A stretch of 63,850 nucleotides of DNA, counting the filler, from Nanobdellota archaeon (GTDB lineage Archaea > Nanobdellota > Nanobdellia > B33-G15): NCBI GenBank assembly GCA_003660925.1. It is 10 parts of 10 records of this genome, joined end to end, with 100 filler letters (N's around TTAATTAATTAA, not from the genome) between each part and the next. Parts side by side here need not be neighbours in the genome. Positions count along the whole stretch, not along the records: positions 36,221 to 43,114 come from QMVD01000039.1; positions 43,215 to 49,958 come from QMVD01000040.1; 8 more parts are not named here. One strand, written 5' to 3'. The notes under the pieces were generated by a model. It was not told where the DNA came from. It did not search any database and saw nothing but the letters and a program-made list of their open reading frames with translations. Made by a program: the position numbers and the translations under genes. Positions 38,229-47,866 of the stretch are shown here, piece by piece (the stretch's first letter is position 1; each line of letters opens with the position of its first letter).

Positions 38229-38875
38229 AAGAGGAATTTAAGGTTTATCAGAAAGTATTCGACAACAGGACCATCATGACCCTCTACCAGTTATCCAAGA
38301 AGTACTTCAGGACCATTGGAGGGCCCATAAAGACCGGGAAAGAATCCGATGTTTACTTGTTGTACACCAAGGAAGGGGGGAAAATAGTAGCGAAAATCTA
38401 CAAGATAGAAACCTCCAACTTCAGGAACATGTGGAAGTATATAAAAGGGGACTCCAGGTTTCCTTATATAGGGAAGGAGAAGAAGAAGTTGGTCTACGCT
38501 TGGACCGAGAAGGAGTTCAGGAACCTCTGGACAGCGAGGAGAATGGGAATACCGGCACCAGAGCCCATAGCCTTTAAAAACAACGTTCTCCTCATGGAAT
38601 TCATCGGGGACGATTCGCCCGCCCCCATAGCTAAGTATCATCCCCCTAAGGATCCCAAGAGGTGGTACAAGTTGATAATGGGTTACATTGACAAGATGGA
38701 AAAAGAAGGGTTCGTGCATGGGGACCTGAGCGAGTTCAATATTTTGAACTGGAACGAAAAGCCCATCTTGATAGACTGGTCCCAATCCGTCTTCAGGGAC
38801 CATCCCCTCTTCGAGGAGTTGTTGGAGAGGGATAGGAACAATATGGAGAGGTGGTTCTCCTCCTTAGGTGTTTGA
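38225..38875 (+). CDS. rio1: RIO1 serine kinase
   Basis: TGKES.V, W..KEFRNL, VHGDLSEFNIL, IDWSQ. Confidence 0.94.
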   Translation: MKEEFKVYQKVFDNRTIMTLYQLSKKYFRTIGGPIKTGKESDVYLLYTKEGGKIVAKIYKIETSNFRNMWKYIKGDSRFPYIGKEKKKLVYAWTEKEFRNLWTARRMGIPAPEPIAFKNNVLLMEFIGDDSPAPIAKYHPPKDPKRWYKLIMGYIDKMEKEGFVHGDLSEFNILNWNEKPILIDWSQSVFRDHPLFEELLERDRNNMERWFSSLGV

Positions 38876-39395
38876 GATGTACGCGGATTTCCTTCGCATC
38901 CCAAAGCAAAGGGTGGGGCTGGTGAGGAAGGAAAAGGAGAGGTTGGAAAGGGAACTAGGGGTGAAGATAGAGGTGGGTCCGGAAGGGGAGATAACTTTAG
39001 AGGGAGAAGGGATAAACCTCTGGAACGCGAGGAATGTGATAAAAGCCATTGGAAGGGGGTTCGACGTGGAGACCGCCCTCCTGTTGAAGGAAGAGGGGTA
39101 CAACTTGGAGGTCGTGGACATAGAGGATTATGGTAAGAGCAAGAACGCCCTGAAGAGATTGAGGGGGAGGGTGATAGGAAGGAATGGGAAGGCAAAAGAG
39201 AAGATAGAGGAGTTGACGGATACTAACATATGCGTGAGCGGGAAGACTGTCTCCATCATAGGAAGGTATGATGATGCGATGATCGCCAGAGAAGCTGTAG
39301 AAAGGTTATTGGGAGGGGCCATGCACGCCACGGTCTTCCGCTTCTTGGAGAAGAAGAGGAGGAAGAAAAAAATAAAGGGAGGGACGTATTGGTGA
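38868..39395 (+). CDS. KH-domain rRNA processing protein (Dim2/Pno1-like)
   Basis: AIGRGF, GRVIG..GK....IE, G..H..V. Confidence 0.92.
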   Translation: MFEMYADFLRIPKQRVGLVRKEKERLERELGVKIEVGPEGEITLEGEGINLWNARNVIKAIGRGFDVETALLLKEEGYNLEVVDIEDYGKSKNALKRLRGRVIGRNGKAKEKIEELTDTNICVSGKTVSIIGRYDDAMIAREAVERLLGGAMHATVFRFLEKKRRKKKIKGGTYW

Positions 39396-41338
39396 GGAAG
39401 ATGACCATAGCAGAAGAATTGGCAAAGCGCCAGAAGAAGATATCTGTGGCGGAGTTCTTCGAGAAGAACAGGCATTTATTAGGATTTGACTCCAAGCCCA
39501 AGGCCTTGTTGAGCGCGATAAAAGAGGCGGTAGACAACTCTCTAGACGCTTGTGAGGAGATGGCTTCTGAGATCATGAAGAAGATGGAAAGATTGAAGAA
39601 GAAGGGAAAGGACATCTCTAAGCTCAAGGAGATGTTGAGGGAAATCCTCCCGAACATAGAAGTGAGGGTGATGAAGGCGAGCGACCGATGGGAGATAGTC
39701 GAGAATCCTGGCCCGGAAGAGAGGATGGTTGGGGAGGTCTATCTGAAATACGGGAAGATAGTGGACGTCGTGGGCATGAAGTTGGTATCAAAGAGTAAGG
39801 AACAGATTCTCAACTCGAGCAGGAGGGCCTTACAATACGAGTTCGAAGCGGATGGGTACAGGATTTACGTAAAGAGGGAACCTGCTAAGGAGATCCCTTT
39901 TTACTCCGTCTTCCTGAGTTCCGTGAAGGAGGGGGAAAAGACAGTCACTAAAAGATTTAGCCTGAGGACGCACGTCTCGAGGTACAGGATTTGGGTGGAG
40001 GACAACGGTCCTGGAATAGTCAAAGAACAGATCCCTCCCATCTTCGGTTCCTTGTTATACGGCTCCAAGTTCCACAGGTTGAAACAGGCGAGGGGGCAAC
40101 AAGGGATAGGAATTTCAGCAGCCGTCTTGTACGGCCAGTTGACCACTGGAAAGCCCGCCAGGATAACTTCCAGGACCAATGAGAAGGAGCCAGCCATTTG
40201 CATAGAGGTCCAAATAGATACCTTAACTAATAAGCCAGAGATAGTCTTCGAGGGGGTGGACGAACATTTCAAGCAGAAACATGGGACCAGGGTAGAGATA
40301 GAGTTGGAAGGCACTTACTCCATAAACGTGGCCAAGTTCCTGAAGAGGACCTCTATAGTCAATCCTCACGCTCAGATAACCCTCATAACCCCTGATGGGA
40401 AGAAGCACGTGTTCAAGAGGACCTCCACCAAGTTCCCAAAGGAGCCAAAGGAGATAAAACCCCATCCTCATGGGATCGAGATGGGTATCTTAATGAGGAT
40501 GTTGAGGACAACGAAGTCCAGGACTTTGTTGAGCTTCCTGACATCGGAATTCTCCAGGGTCGGGGCGAATTCCGCGAAGCACATACTGGAAAAGGCGAAG
40601 CTAAAGCCTAACATGGACCCAAGGAGCCTGACCAGGGAACAGGCGAACGTCTTGATCAAAGCCATGCACGAGGCCAACTTGTCGAGGCCCCCGACGGATT
40701 GTTTATCGCCCATAGGGGCAGAGGCCCTGAAGAAGAGCGTTTACGCCGAGTTGAACCCTGAGTTCGTGGTGACCACGAAGAGAGAGCCGAACGTCTACAG
40801 GGGAATCCCGTTCCAGGTGGAAGTGGGGATAGCTTACGGGGGGAATATAAAGGAAGGGGAGGCGAGGTTGCTGAGGTTCGCCAACAAGATCCCCCTCATG
40901 TGGGACGCGAGCGCGTGTGCCATAACTAACGCTGTCAAGTCCATGGACTGGAGGAGGTATGGATTGAATCAACCGGGAGGACAGGGGATGCCCTCCGGAC
41001 CCATAGTGATCATCGTTCACTTCCTCTCCGCTTGGGTCCCTTACACGAGTGAGGGGAAGACCGCCATCGCTAACTATCCCGTCATTATAAGAGAGATAAA
41101 GCTCGCGCTCCAGGAGTGCGCTAGGGAGCTTAAGAAATACCTGACCAAGAAGTACGTGATGGAGAGGAAGAAGAGGAAGATGTTCATCTTCCTCAAATAC
41201 TCCGACTTCCTCGTGGACGCTTTGAGCAATTTGTTGGACCTGAGGAAAGAGGAGGTGGGGAAGGTAATTAAAAAAGTGTTGAAGGAAAGGTATGGGGATG
41301 TGTATGAAGGCGAAAGAGAGGTTAAGGAAGCTAGCTGA
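39389..41338 (+). CDS. top6B: DNA topoisomerase VI subunit B with large N-terminal insertions
   Basis: SVAEFFEKN, EAVDNSLDA, EDNGPGI, RGQQGIG, RFANKIPL. Confidence 0.96.
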   Translation: MVRKMTIAEELAKRQKKISVAEFFEKNRHLLGFDSKPKALLSAIKEAVDNSLDACEEMASEIMKKMERLKKKGKDISKLKEMLREILPNIEVRVMKASDRWEIVENPGPEERMVGEVYLKYGKIVDVVGMKLVSKSKEQILNSSRRALQYEFEADGYRIYVKREPAKEIPFYSVFLSSVKEGEKTVTKRFSLRTHVSRYRIWVEDNGPGIVKEQIPPIFGSLLYGSKFHRLKQARGQQGIGISAAVLYGQLTTGKPARITSRTNEKEPAICIEVQIDTLTNKPEIVFEGVDEHFKQKHGTRVEIELEGTYSINVAKFLKRTSIVNPHAQITLITPDGKKHVFKRTSTKFPKEPKEIKPHPHGIEMGILMRMLRTTKSRTLLSFLTSEFSRVGANSAKHILEKAKLKPNMDPRSLTREQANVLIKAMHEANLSRPPTDCLSPIGAEALKKSVYAELNPEFVVTTKREPNVYRGIPFQVEVGIAYGGNIKEGEARLLRFANKIPLMWDASACAITNAVKSMDWRRYGLNQPGGQGMPSGPIVIIVHFLSAWVPYTSEGKTAIANYPVIIREIKLALQECARELKKYLTKKYVMERKKRKMFIFLKYSDFLVDALSNLLDLRKEEVGKVIKKVLKERYGDVYEGEREVKEAS

Positions 41339-42383
41339 GGAAGTGTTCGAGCAGTTCGAGAATGGGGAAAACCCTTACATAGAGATCCCCATAAGGTCCC
41401 TGAGGAACGTGAGGTTCGACCCCGAGAAGGGATTGATTATGATGGGTGGGGAAAAGATGAAGAGGTACTTCCTAAACGTCTCCCACGCCAAGAAGTTCAT
41501 GCAGACCTTAATGGTTGCCAGTTTCGTGAAAAAGTTGTTGGACGAGAAGGTCACGGTGGACATGAGGGACCTCTTTTATTCCTTGAAGATACCCATCCCA
41601 GGGACAAAGGACAACGTCTTCAACGAACAGAACGAGTCAGACCCCATAGTGGAGGACTTGGAGGTGACCTTGGACCTCTTGAGGGAGGAGATGAACCTCA
41701 AGGCGGACAAGAAAGGGGCAATGGTAGGGGATATGGTGATCGTCGATGGAGGGGATGAGATAGATTTGAGGAGACAAGGGACAGGAGGGTGGAGCATCCC
41801 TTCCAAAGTGGAACAAGATGTCATCCAATTCAAGGAGCACACCGCCAAGTTCGTCTTGTTCGTGGAGAAGGCTGCTGTCTGGGAGAGACTGAACGAGGAC
41901 AAGTTCTGGAAGAAGATGGACTGTCTAATCGTGACAGGAAAGGGCCAACCTAGTAGGGGGATAAGGAGGTTATTACACAGGATGAGATATGAGTTGGGTC
42001 TTCCGGTGATAGTGTTCACGGACGCTGACCCTTGGGGATATTACATATACAGCGTGGTCAAACAAGGCTCTATAAACCTGGCCTTCTTGTCTCAAAAGTT
42101 GGGGGTCCCTGATGCCAAGTTCGTGGGTTTAACCACCCAAGACATGCACAAGTTTGACATCCCGAAGAGCTTGGGGATAAAGCTCACCCAACAGGACATA
42201 AAAAGGGCCCAGGAGTTGTTAAAGTACGAGTGGTTCAAGACCAAGGAGTGGCAGGAGGAGATAAATCACATGTTGAAAGAAGGGATAAAGTTCGAGCAGC
42301 AGGTCTTGAGCAACAAGAGTATAAGGTTCGTAAGCGAGACTTACTTGCCAACTAAGCTCGAGCAGAAGGATTTTCTGCCTTAA
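41292..42383 (+). CDS. top6A: DNA topoisomerase VI subunit A
   Basis: RDLFY catalytic Tyr, Q.ESD, VEK, DADPWG. Confidence 0.96.
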   Translation: MGMCMKAKERLRKLAEEVFEQFENGENPYIEIPIRSLRNVRFDPEKGLIMMGGEKMKRYFLNVSHAKKFMQTLMVASFVKKLLDEKVTVDMRDLFYSLKIPIPGTKDNVFNEQNESDPIVEDLEVTLDLLREEMNLKADKKGAMVGDMVIVDGGDEIDLRRQGTGGWSIPSKVEQDVIQFKEHTAKFVLFVEKAAVWERLNEDKFWKKMDCLIVTGKGQPSRGIRRLLHRMRYELGLPVIVFTDADPWGYYIYSVVKQGSINLAFLSQKLGVPDAKFVGLTTQDMHKFDIPKSLGIKLTQQDIKRAQELLKYEWFKTKEWQEEINHMLKEGIKFEQQVLSNKSIRFVSETYLPTKLEQKDFLP

Positions 42384-42978
42384 ACTCCTTCGTTATGTAA
42401 GAAGGGAGCCTCCCGCTTTCCAAAAACTCAGAGGCGAATTCATCCATCTCTCCCGGGTGCTTCCTGAAGTAATCCACTGCCATGGAGATCCTCTTCACGA
42501 GCAACTCCTTCATGCTCTTTCCATATCTCCTTTCCTCCGGGAACTTCCTCAACAAGTAGTCGTAAAGAGGCTCTACCTCGTTAAAGGCTTCTTTCAGGAA
42601 GGAAATGATCCCTTCTTTCACTTCCCTGTCCACCCCTCCCTGTATCGACTTGAGCTTCCAAGTGCACTTCCTCAGCAAGTTGCCCAACCTCCTCCTAGAA
42701 ATGGGCAAGTCCTCCTTTTCCCTCAAGTAATCTACCAATCTTCCCAGAGTGGACAAGTACGCTTGCATCTGGAAGATCTTCTCGTAGTTGTCAGCGGTCA
42801 CCTCCACATTTAATTGTTCATGCAAGATCTTCAGACCTATGTAATCACCCATCTTCATCACTTGCTTGAAGAAGGGAAAACTCCTCTTCAAGGGAGAGCT
42901 CCCTGTCAGCAGGAAATCTATATTATACAAGCTCTCAAAACCTTCTTCCCTTAACTTTTCCTCTAACGACATATTCAC
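42352..42978 (-). CDS. Hypothetical helical protein
   Basis: 208-aa ORF divergent from the tRNA, with its own TATA-like element. Confidence 0.6.
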   Translation of the reverse strand: MNMSLEEKLREEGFESLYNIDFLLTGSSPLKRSFPFFKQVMKMGDYIGLKILHEQLNVEVTADNYEKIFQMQAYLSTLGRLVDYLREKEDLPISRRRLGNLLRKCTWKLKSIQGGVDREVKEGIISFLKEAFNEVEPLYDYLLRKFPEERRYGKSMKELLVKRISMAVDYFRKHPGEMDEFASEFLESGRLPSYITKEFKAENPSARA

Positions 42979-43015
42979 TACTTTGTAGTGAAGTTTAAAT
43001 AACTTTCGCTCGCTT

Positions 43016-43031
43016 TAAACTTTTTAAATGG
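43016..43031 (+). promoter_or_regulatory. BRE/TATA promoter of tRNA-Asn
   Basis: TAAACTTTTTAAATGG; TTTAAA ends 23 nt before the mature tRNA 5' end. Confidence 0.75.
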
Positions 43032-43051
43032 TCAACAAGTCTTGAGAGTAG

Positions 43052-43114
43052 GCCCCGGTAGCTCAGTGGTAGAGCGTCCGGCTGTTAACCGGAAGATCGC
43101 AGGTTCGAATCCTG
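43052..43114 (+). tRNA. tRNA-Asn(GTT), 3' truncated by contig end
   Basis: GCCCCGG-TA-GCTC AGTGGTA GAGC-G-TCCGG CT GTT AA CCGGA-AGATC-GCAGG TTCGAAT CCTG. Confidence 0.96.
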
Positions 43115-43214
43115 NNNNNNNNNNNNNNNNNNNNNNNNNNNNNNNNNNNNNNNNNNNNTTAATTAATTAANNNNNNNNNNNNNNNNNNNNNNNNNNNNNN
43201 NNNNNNNNNNNNNN
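43115..43214. other. Artificial contig linker
   Basis: N44-TTAATTAATTAA-N44. Confidence 0.99.
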
Positions 43215-43994
43215 GACAACGTGGAACCATTCATGATAGTGGAGTGTGGTGAGGTATATGAGCCCACCTTAGAAAGAACAGGAGATCTTTGTTATTCCTT
43301 CTACGACGATAGTGGTTTGCCTTACAGGAGTCACGGGTTGAAGGTCTTGAATCCGGATGAGGAAGTGGAGTTCTTCTGGGTGTTGAAGAGCCCGACGAAA
43401 GAAGAAATAGGTAACATGTACTACGAACACGAGATCTACGCTACTGTGGAGTATCACTATCACACTTCCATATACATGGGGATCGCTGCTATGACCTTCC
43501 AAGAGTATTCCTCCCGAAAGGCGAGTGGTCTTCCCCTCACCGCCACCAAGACGGCGAGTGCTGGAGCCATCAGGGTATTCTCGAACACTATGGAGCCCAT
43601 AACTTATGTCCAAGGCTCCACCGGTCAGAATTTCGTGTTGAGCTTCAAGGTGATAAATCAAGGGAAGGGGATCCCAAAGCCAGGGACCAAGGTGAGGATA
43701 ACCTTAGAATATGATGACAAAGTGGTGGAGTTGTTAGGAGAGAGTCCCATGGAAGAGGCAGGGGATGTGGTGAAGAACTGGTTCCAAGAGGAATACGGGA
43801 AACCCATGGGGAAACTCCTCTACATGGACTTAGACCCCATCAACTTGATGTCGGAAGAGGGTTACACTGTGAACATCCCATTCAACTTGAAGGAGCTCTC
43901 CCCCAATTACCAGACGATACCCTTCTACGTGAGGGTGAGCTATGACTATCAAATAGAGGAAAGCGCGAAGTTGGGGGTGATCCCTATAAAATGA
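43215..43994 (+). CDS. Putative surface protein (5' truncated), paralogue of the next gene
   Basis: Beta-rich acidic sequence; motifs shared with 43991-44866. Confidence 0.7.
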   Translation, partial: DNVEPFMIVECGEVYEPTLERTGDLCYSFYDDSGLPYRSHGLKVLNPDEEVEFFWVLKSPTKEEIGNMYYEHEIYATVEYHYHTSIYMGIAAMTFQEYSSRKASGLPLTATKTASAGAIRVFSNTMEPITYVQGSTGQNFVLSFKVINQGKGIPKPGTKVRITLEYDDKVVELLGESPMEEAGDVVKNWFQEEYGKPMGKLLYMDLDPINLMSEEGYTVNIPFNLKELSPNYQTIPFYVRVSYDYQIEESAKLGVIPIK

Positions 43995-44866
43995 AGGCGA
44001 GATATGTTCCCATCCTCCTGATCTTCCTCGTACTCGGGTGTGTCCAGGAAGAGAAACCCCAGGTGAACGTAACAGAGGATGGGTTGATCATAACAGGGGT
44101 ATCCGTCGGGATAAGCGAGCTCATGCCCGAGGAAAGGACGAACCTCGACCTCTTCCTGAGCAACGTAGGGGACTCGGAGGCGAGGGATGTGAGGGCCATC
44201 CTAACGGGTTTGGGAAGCATGGAGGCGACCCCTATAAAGAACCAGCTCGATGAGCTCGAGAAGGGAGGGAGCGACGTCTTCTCTTGGGACTTGAAGGCCC
44301 CGAGGCTAGAAGGATTCACCACGGACGTCCCCTTCAACCTACAAGCCCTCGTGTACTACATGTATAACTCAACCGCTTGGGCGGACATTGCCATAGTCCC
44401 AGCAGATTACGTGGAGATGCCCGAGGTGAAGAATGGGACGAGTTCCGGCCCCCTGAGGATAAGCGTAGAACAAAGCATGAAGCCCGTGAGGACCTACAAA
44501 GAGACCACCCAGTTCTCCTTGAGGATAGATATAGAAAACGTGGGTGGCGGGACGATAAGTTACTTGGATGAGAATTGGGTGGAGAACTCCGCGAGGGCCA
44601 ACAGGGTGGAATTCTTGATGGTCAAGGTCCCGATTTGGTGGGACGTGGGTGAATACGAGGTGTCAGAGAAGGGGGGTTGGAAGATAATAAACTTGAAAGA
44701 AGAAGAGATACCCAGGTTAACAGGAGGAAGGAAGGCAACTTTGTTCATACCTGTGGAAGTGACGCAGGTAGATGCCCCCTTGGTCGAGAGGATATACGTG
44801 GAAGTTGGTTATGGTTATAAGGTGGCCTCGGACCCCCTCACGGTGGTGGTGAAGCCCGTCACATGA
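43991..44866 (+). CDS. Putative surface lipoprotein with Ig-like domains
   Basis: Lipobox LVLGC; N.G...A.DV CARDB-like segment. Confidence 0.75.
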   Translation: MKARYVPILLIFLVLGCVQEEKPQVNVTEDGLIITGVSVGISELMPEERTNLDLFLSNVGDSEARDVRAILTGLGSMEATPIKNQLDELEKGGSDVFSWDLKAPRLEGFTTDVPFNLQALVYYMYNSTAWADIAIVPADYVEMPEVKNGTSSGPLRISVEQSMKPVRTYKETTQFSLRIDIENVGGGTISYLDENWVENSARANRVEFLMVKVPIWWDVGEYEVSEKGGWKIINLKEEEIPRLTGGRKATLFIPVEVTQVDAPLVERIYVEVGYGYKVASDPLTVVVKPVT

Positions 44867-46061
44867 AATCCACAAGCCTCTTCTCCACTATCAACTCCCC
44901 GTAGACCCCATCATATCCCGGCTTCACCTTTAGCCTTCCTTCTCTCATTCTCTGAATGACATCAGCCACCTTCTTATCAACTTTCCTCAACTCCTCAGGG
45001 CTTGCGTTCAGCAAGACTTCATATTCGCTTCCGAACCTGTTCACGAACTTGTTGTAGACGTTCCAAACGCTTTGGGAGGAGATGTCGTGATGGTGGACCT
45101 TTGAGATGATCTCATGAAGGGGGAGGAGGCTCTTGAAGGGCCTCGCCCCTTCTGGGACGAAGCCTTCTGGCCTGTCCGCCAATTCCTCCACTCTGTGGAG
45201 GACACCAAGAGTCAAGGGTTTCTTACAGACAGGGCAGATGTTTCCCAACTTCATGGCCTCTTTGGGTTCCAGTCTCACCCCACAGCTTCTGTGCCCATCC
45301 CAGTGGTACTTCCCATAAGAGGGGTCAACCTCTATGGTGAAAGCTAGCTGATTGTGTCTTATCGCTTCGTAAACCTCTTTGTAGTTCAACTCTTTCAGAT
45401 CGAAGGCATTTGCCTCCCTCCCTATCCTCCAAGGATAAGGGGAATGAGAATCGGAATTTGACATCAAAGTGAGCCCATCCAATTCTGACAACCTCCAGTT
45501 CATGGCGGGATCGCTACTCAGTCCCGTCTCCAACCCATGTATGTGTTTCATCTGATCTTGATAACACTCTCGCAGGGAATCGAAGCCAGACTTGGAACCA
45601 AAGACGCCGAACCAAGGAGTCCATGCGTGTGCGGGTATGATCAAAGCCTTGGGTTCCAATGACATGATGATTTCCACAAGTTCAGGACTTGAAATGGGGA
45701 GGGTAGGCCTCCCATCCGCTTCCAAGTTCGCGTATTTGGAAATAGCATCATTCACGAGTTCTGCTGATTCCAGGGAAGGTAGGAGGACGAGGTGGTGTAT
45801 TTTCCTCACCCTTCCCCCTTGCTCGTAAACGGTGGATATCTCGCCAGTTATCAAGAAGTTCATATCATCATAGATGTATATGCCTTCTTGTTCTCCCATT
45901 TGAGAGAGCTCTTTCAGCCACTTCGGGTGGGTGAAGTCCCCTGTTCCCAAGAGGTGGAGTCCCTTCATTCTCGCATAGGTTGTCAGGTGCTTCAGGTCCA
46001 TGAGGCGGGAGGTAGCCCTGGAGTACTTCGAGTGAATATGGAGATCTGCTAGGTATATCAT
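44859..46061 (-). CDS. endoQ: Endonuclease Q family (PHP domain, Zn ribbon)
   Basis: DLHIHSKYS, GTGDFTHP, ETGLSSD, SNSDSHS, GKYH.DGHR.C, CPVC, PGYDG.YG; PIP-like end. Confidence 0.92.
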   Translation of the reverse strand: MIYLADLHIHSKYSRATSRLMDLKHLTTYARMKGLHLLGTGDFTHPKWLKELSQMGEQEGIYIYDDMNFLITGEISTVYEQGGRVRKIHHLVLLPSLESAELVNDAISKYANLEADGRPTLPISSPELVEIIMSLEPKALIIPAHAWTPWFGVFGSKSGFDSLRECYQDQMKHIHGLETGLSSDPAMNWRLSELDGLTLMSNSDSHSPYPWRIGREANAFDLKELNYKEVYEAIRHNQLAFTIEVDPSYGKYHWDGHRSCGVRLEPKEAMKLGNICPVCKKPLTLGVLHRVEELADRPEGFVPEGARPFKSLLPLHEIISKVHHHDISSQSVWNVYNKFVNRFGSEYEVLLNASPEELRKVDKKVADVIQRMREGRLKVKPGYDGVYGELIVEKRLVDFM

Positions 46062-46759
46062 CCTATGTAAGTTAATCTCTCCTTTTTAACAGGTTTTCTC
46101 CTTTCCACGAAGAACTGTTTCTGGAAGGGTTTGAGCTTTCGCTCGTCCACTTCAAAATCCAGATATTGTTTCAGGACCTTCAAGAGCATCTGAGCCTCGC
46201 TGAAGCCAAGGTAGCTGGGGTGGGAAAAAGTGTCGACTAAGAGACTGAATCCCTTAAAGCCCATACGTTTCCCCAAACCCAGCAACAGACCGGCTGCGCC
46301 TATGATGATGCCAACGGAAGAAGAACCATCCACTAGAACATCTAGCTTTTGAGCTCTTTTTAACATCTCTTTGTGAGTTGCCACGAGGTGCACCTTCGGC
46401 TTGCTCGGCGGCTTGGCATGCCCTATGCCCCCTAAAGTGATTATCTCCTTCACTCCAATGCGCTTGGCGCGCTTCAGGATCTCCTTCATTAACGCGTATG
46501 ATCCCCTCTCAGAAGTGGCTTGGGAAGTCCCGGAAAGGAGGACCACGTGCCTTTTCTTCGCCTTGAAATAGCTGAACTCCACGTGGGGGAGCTCCAACAG
46601 AGAGTCCTCTGTCACGAAGACGGAGTGGGGAAGTTCGTCCGAATAAATGGTAAAAAGGTGCTTCGCCCTCATCTCCTCCTTCAAGAAATCCACGCATATC
46701 TTCGCCACATTACCGATGCCCGGAAGGCCCTCGACCAGGACGGGGTTCTTGAGCTTCAC
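46058..46759 (-). CDS. PAC2 family proteasome assembly chaperone
   Basis: EGLPGIGNV, ITLGG, I.GAAGLLLG; start moved to GTG overlapping nop10 stop. Confidence 0.88.
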   Translation of the reverse strand: MKLKNPVLVEGLPGIGNVAKICVDFLKEEMRAKHLFTIYSDELPHSVFVTEDSLLELPHVEFSYFKAKKRHVVLLSGTSQATSERGSYALMKEILKRAKRIGVKEIITLGGIGHAKPPSKPKVHLVATHKEMLKRAQKLDVLVDGSSSVGIIIGAAGLLLGLGKRMGFKGFSLLVDTFSHPSYLGFSEAQMLLKVLKQYLDFEVDERKLKPFQKQFFVERRKPVKKERLTYIG

Positions 46760-46929
46760 AACAATCCAACCTCCTTCAAGAGTTTCCTCCTCACTTCCCT
46801 CCTGTACTTGGCGTACTTGTCCTCTGGGGAGAACTTGGGTGGCACGCGAAGGATCGTTTTCCCCCCGCAAGAGGGACAATTCTCCTTCAACGTGTACCTC
46901 TTACAGGATGGACAGTATCTTATCCTCAT
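46756..46929 (-). CDS. nop10: H/ACA RNP protein Nop10 (57 aa, not in ORF track)
   Basis: Manual translation MRIRYCPSCKRYTLKENCPSCGGKT...PPKFSPEDKYAKYRR. Confidence 0.95.
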   Translation of the reverse strand: MRIRYCPSCKRYTLKENCPSCGGKTILRVPPKFSPEDKYAKYRREVRRKLLKEVGLL

Positions 46930-47681
46930 CTCTCCAACCTGAACTCCACCCTTTCGGTCTTGGAGAGACGCTCCAACTTGTTCATGATCTCCGAAAGCAT
47001 GGACTCTGCCATCTTGTAGTTCTCAGCAATGATCTTAAGTTGGTATCTGGGAGCACCTAAGTAGGTTATCTCCACACCATCCCCACCGAGCTCCTTGAAG
47101 ATTTTCCTTATCTTCTCGACACCATCGGGGGCATAGCTCTTAAGTTCCAAGATGGCTTTTATCACGGACTTCTTCCTCTTGAGGGCTTCGGAAAATTCTT
47201 CCTTCAAGGCCTTCTTCCACTTCTCGCTTATCTCGAGAGAGTCTACCAATTGAGGACCTTTTCTCTGAACGTTCCTGAAGAAATCCCCTAAGCTGTTGTA
47301 TCTCTCAAGGATCTTCCTCTCCACTTCCTCCGAGCTTTCTCCCAGTTTCTTTGATAGGAATCGGAGCAGATTACCCATTCGCTTGGAGAACCTCCACTCC
47401 AAGAATTTCCTCCTCTTCTCGCTGTCCGTCACCCTTTTAAGGGACACATCCACGTATCCCTTCCTCTCGTCTACTCTCAGTACCAGACAAACTACTTGTT
47501 TCCCGGGAGTGATGTAGTCCCTTATGTTCTTTATCCTCCCGCTCGCCACTTCTGAGATGTGCAACATGGCCTCCACGTTCTCGTATTCATCTAAAGTCAC
47601 GAAGGCGGAGTGAGGACCCACGTGCTTCACGGTACATATGACTATCTCTCCTTTTCTCGGGAGACCTTTCTTCTTTATCAT
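46926..47681 (-). CDS. eif2a: Translation initiation factor 2 alpha
   Basis: S1 domain, HISEVA...IKNIRD, DVSLKRV, Y.GAP.Y. Confidence 0.96.
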   Translation of the reverse strand: MIKKKGLPRKGEIVICTVKHVGPHSAFVTLDEYENVEAMLHISEVASGRIKNIRDYITPGKQVVCLVLRVDERKGYVDVSLKRVTDSEKRRKFLEWRFSKRMGNLLRFLSKKLGESSEEVERKILERYNSLGDFFRNVQRKGPQLVDSLEISEKWKKALKEEFSEALKRKKSVIKAILELKSYAPDGVEKIRKIFKELGGDGVEITYLGAPRYQLKIIAENYKMAESMLSEIMNKLERLSKTERVEFRLER

Positions 47682-47866
47682 TCCAAGATCTCCAGGATGC
47701 GAGCTTTAACCTTTGCCTTTCCGCCTGTTGGCTCAGCTATCACATTAGAACACTTCTGGCACCTGACCACAGTGGAACAATTCCCAAATATCACCTGCTC
47801 ATGCTTGCACTTCGGGCACCTGACCTTGAGGAACTTCGACTTTGGGGATACGACTATCTCTTTCAT
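47678..47866 (-). CDS. rps27e: 30S ribosomal protein S27e
   Basis: SKFLKV.C..C, C..C....PTGGKA. Confidence 0.95.
   Translation of the reverse strand: MKEIVVSPKSKFLKVRCPKCKHEQVIFGNCSTVVRCQKCSNVIAEPTGGKAKVKARILEILE

Noticed and set aside
39560..39979. Intein in Top6B
   Set aside because: No block A Cys start, no terminal His-Asn before C/S/T, no homing endonuclease motif
41561..41582. Loss of the Top6A catalytic tyrosine (RDLFY instead of RxxYY)
   Set aside because: The second aromatic position is the catalytic Tyr and it is retained
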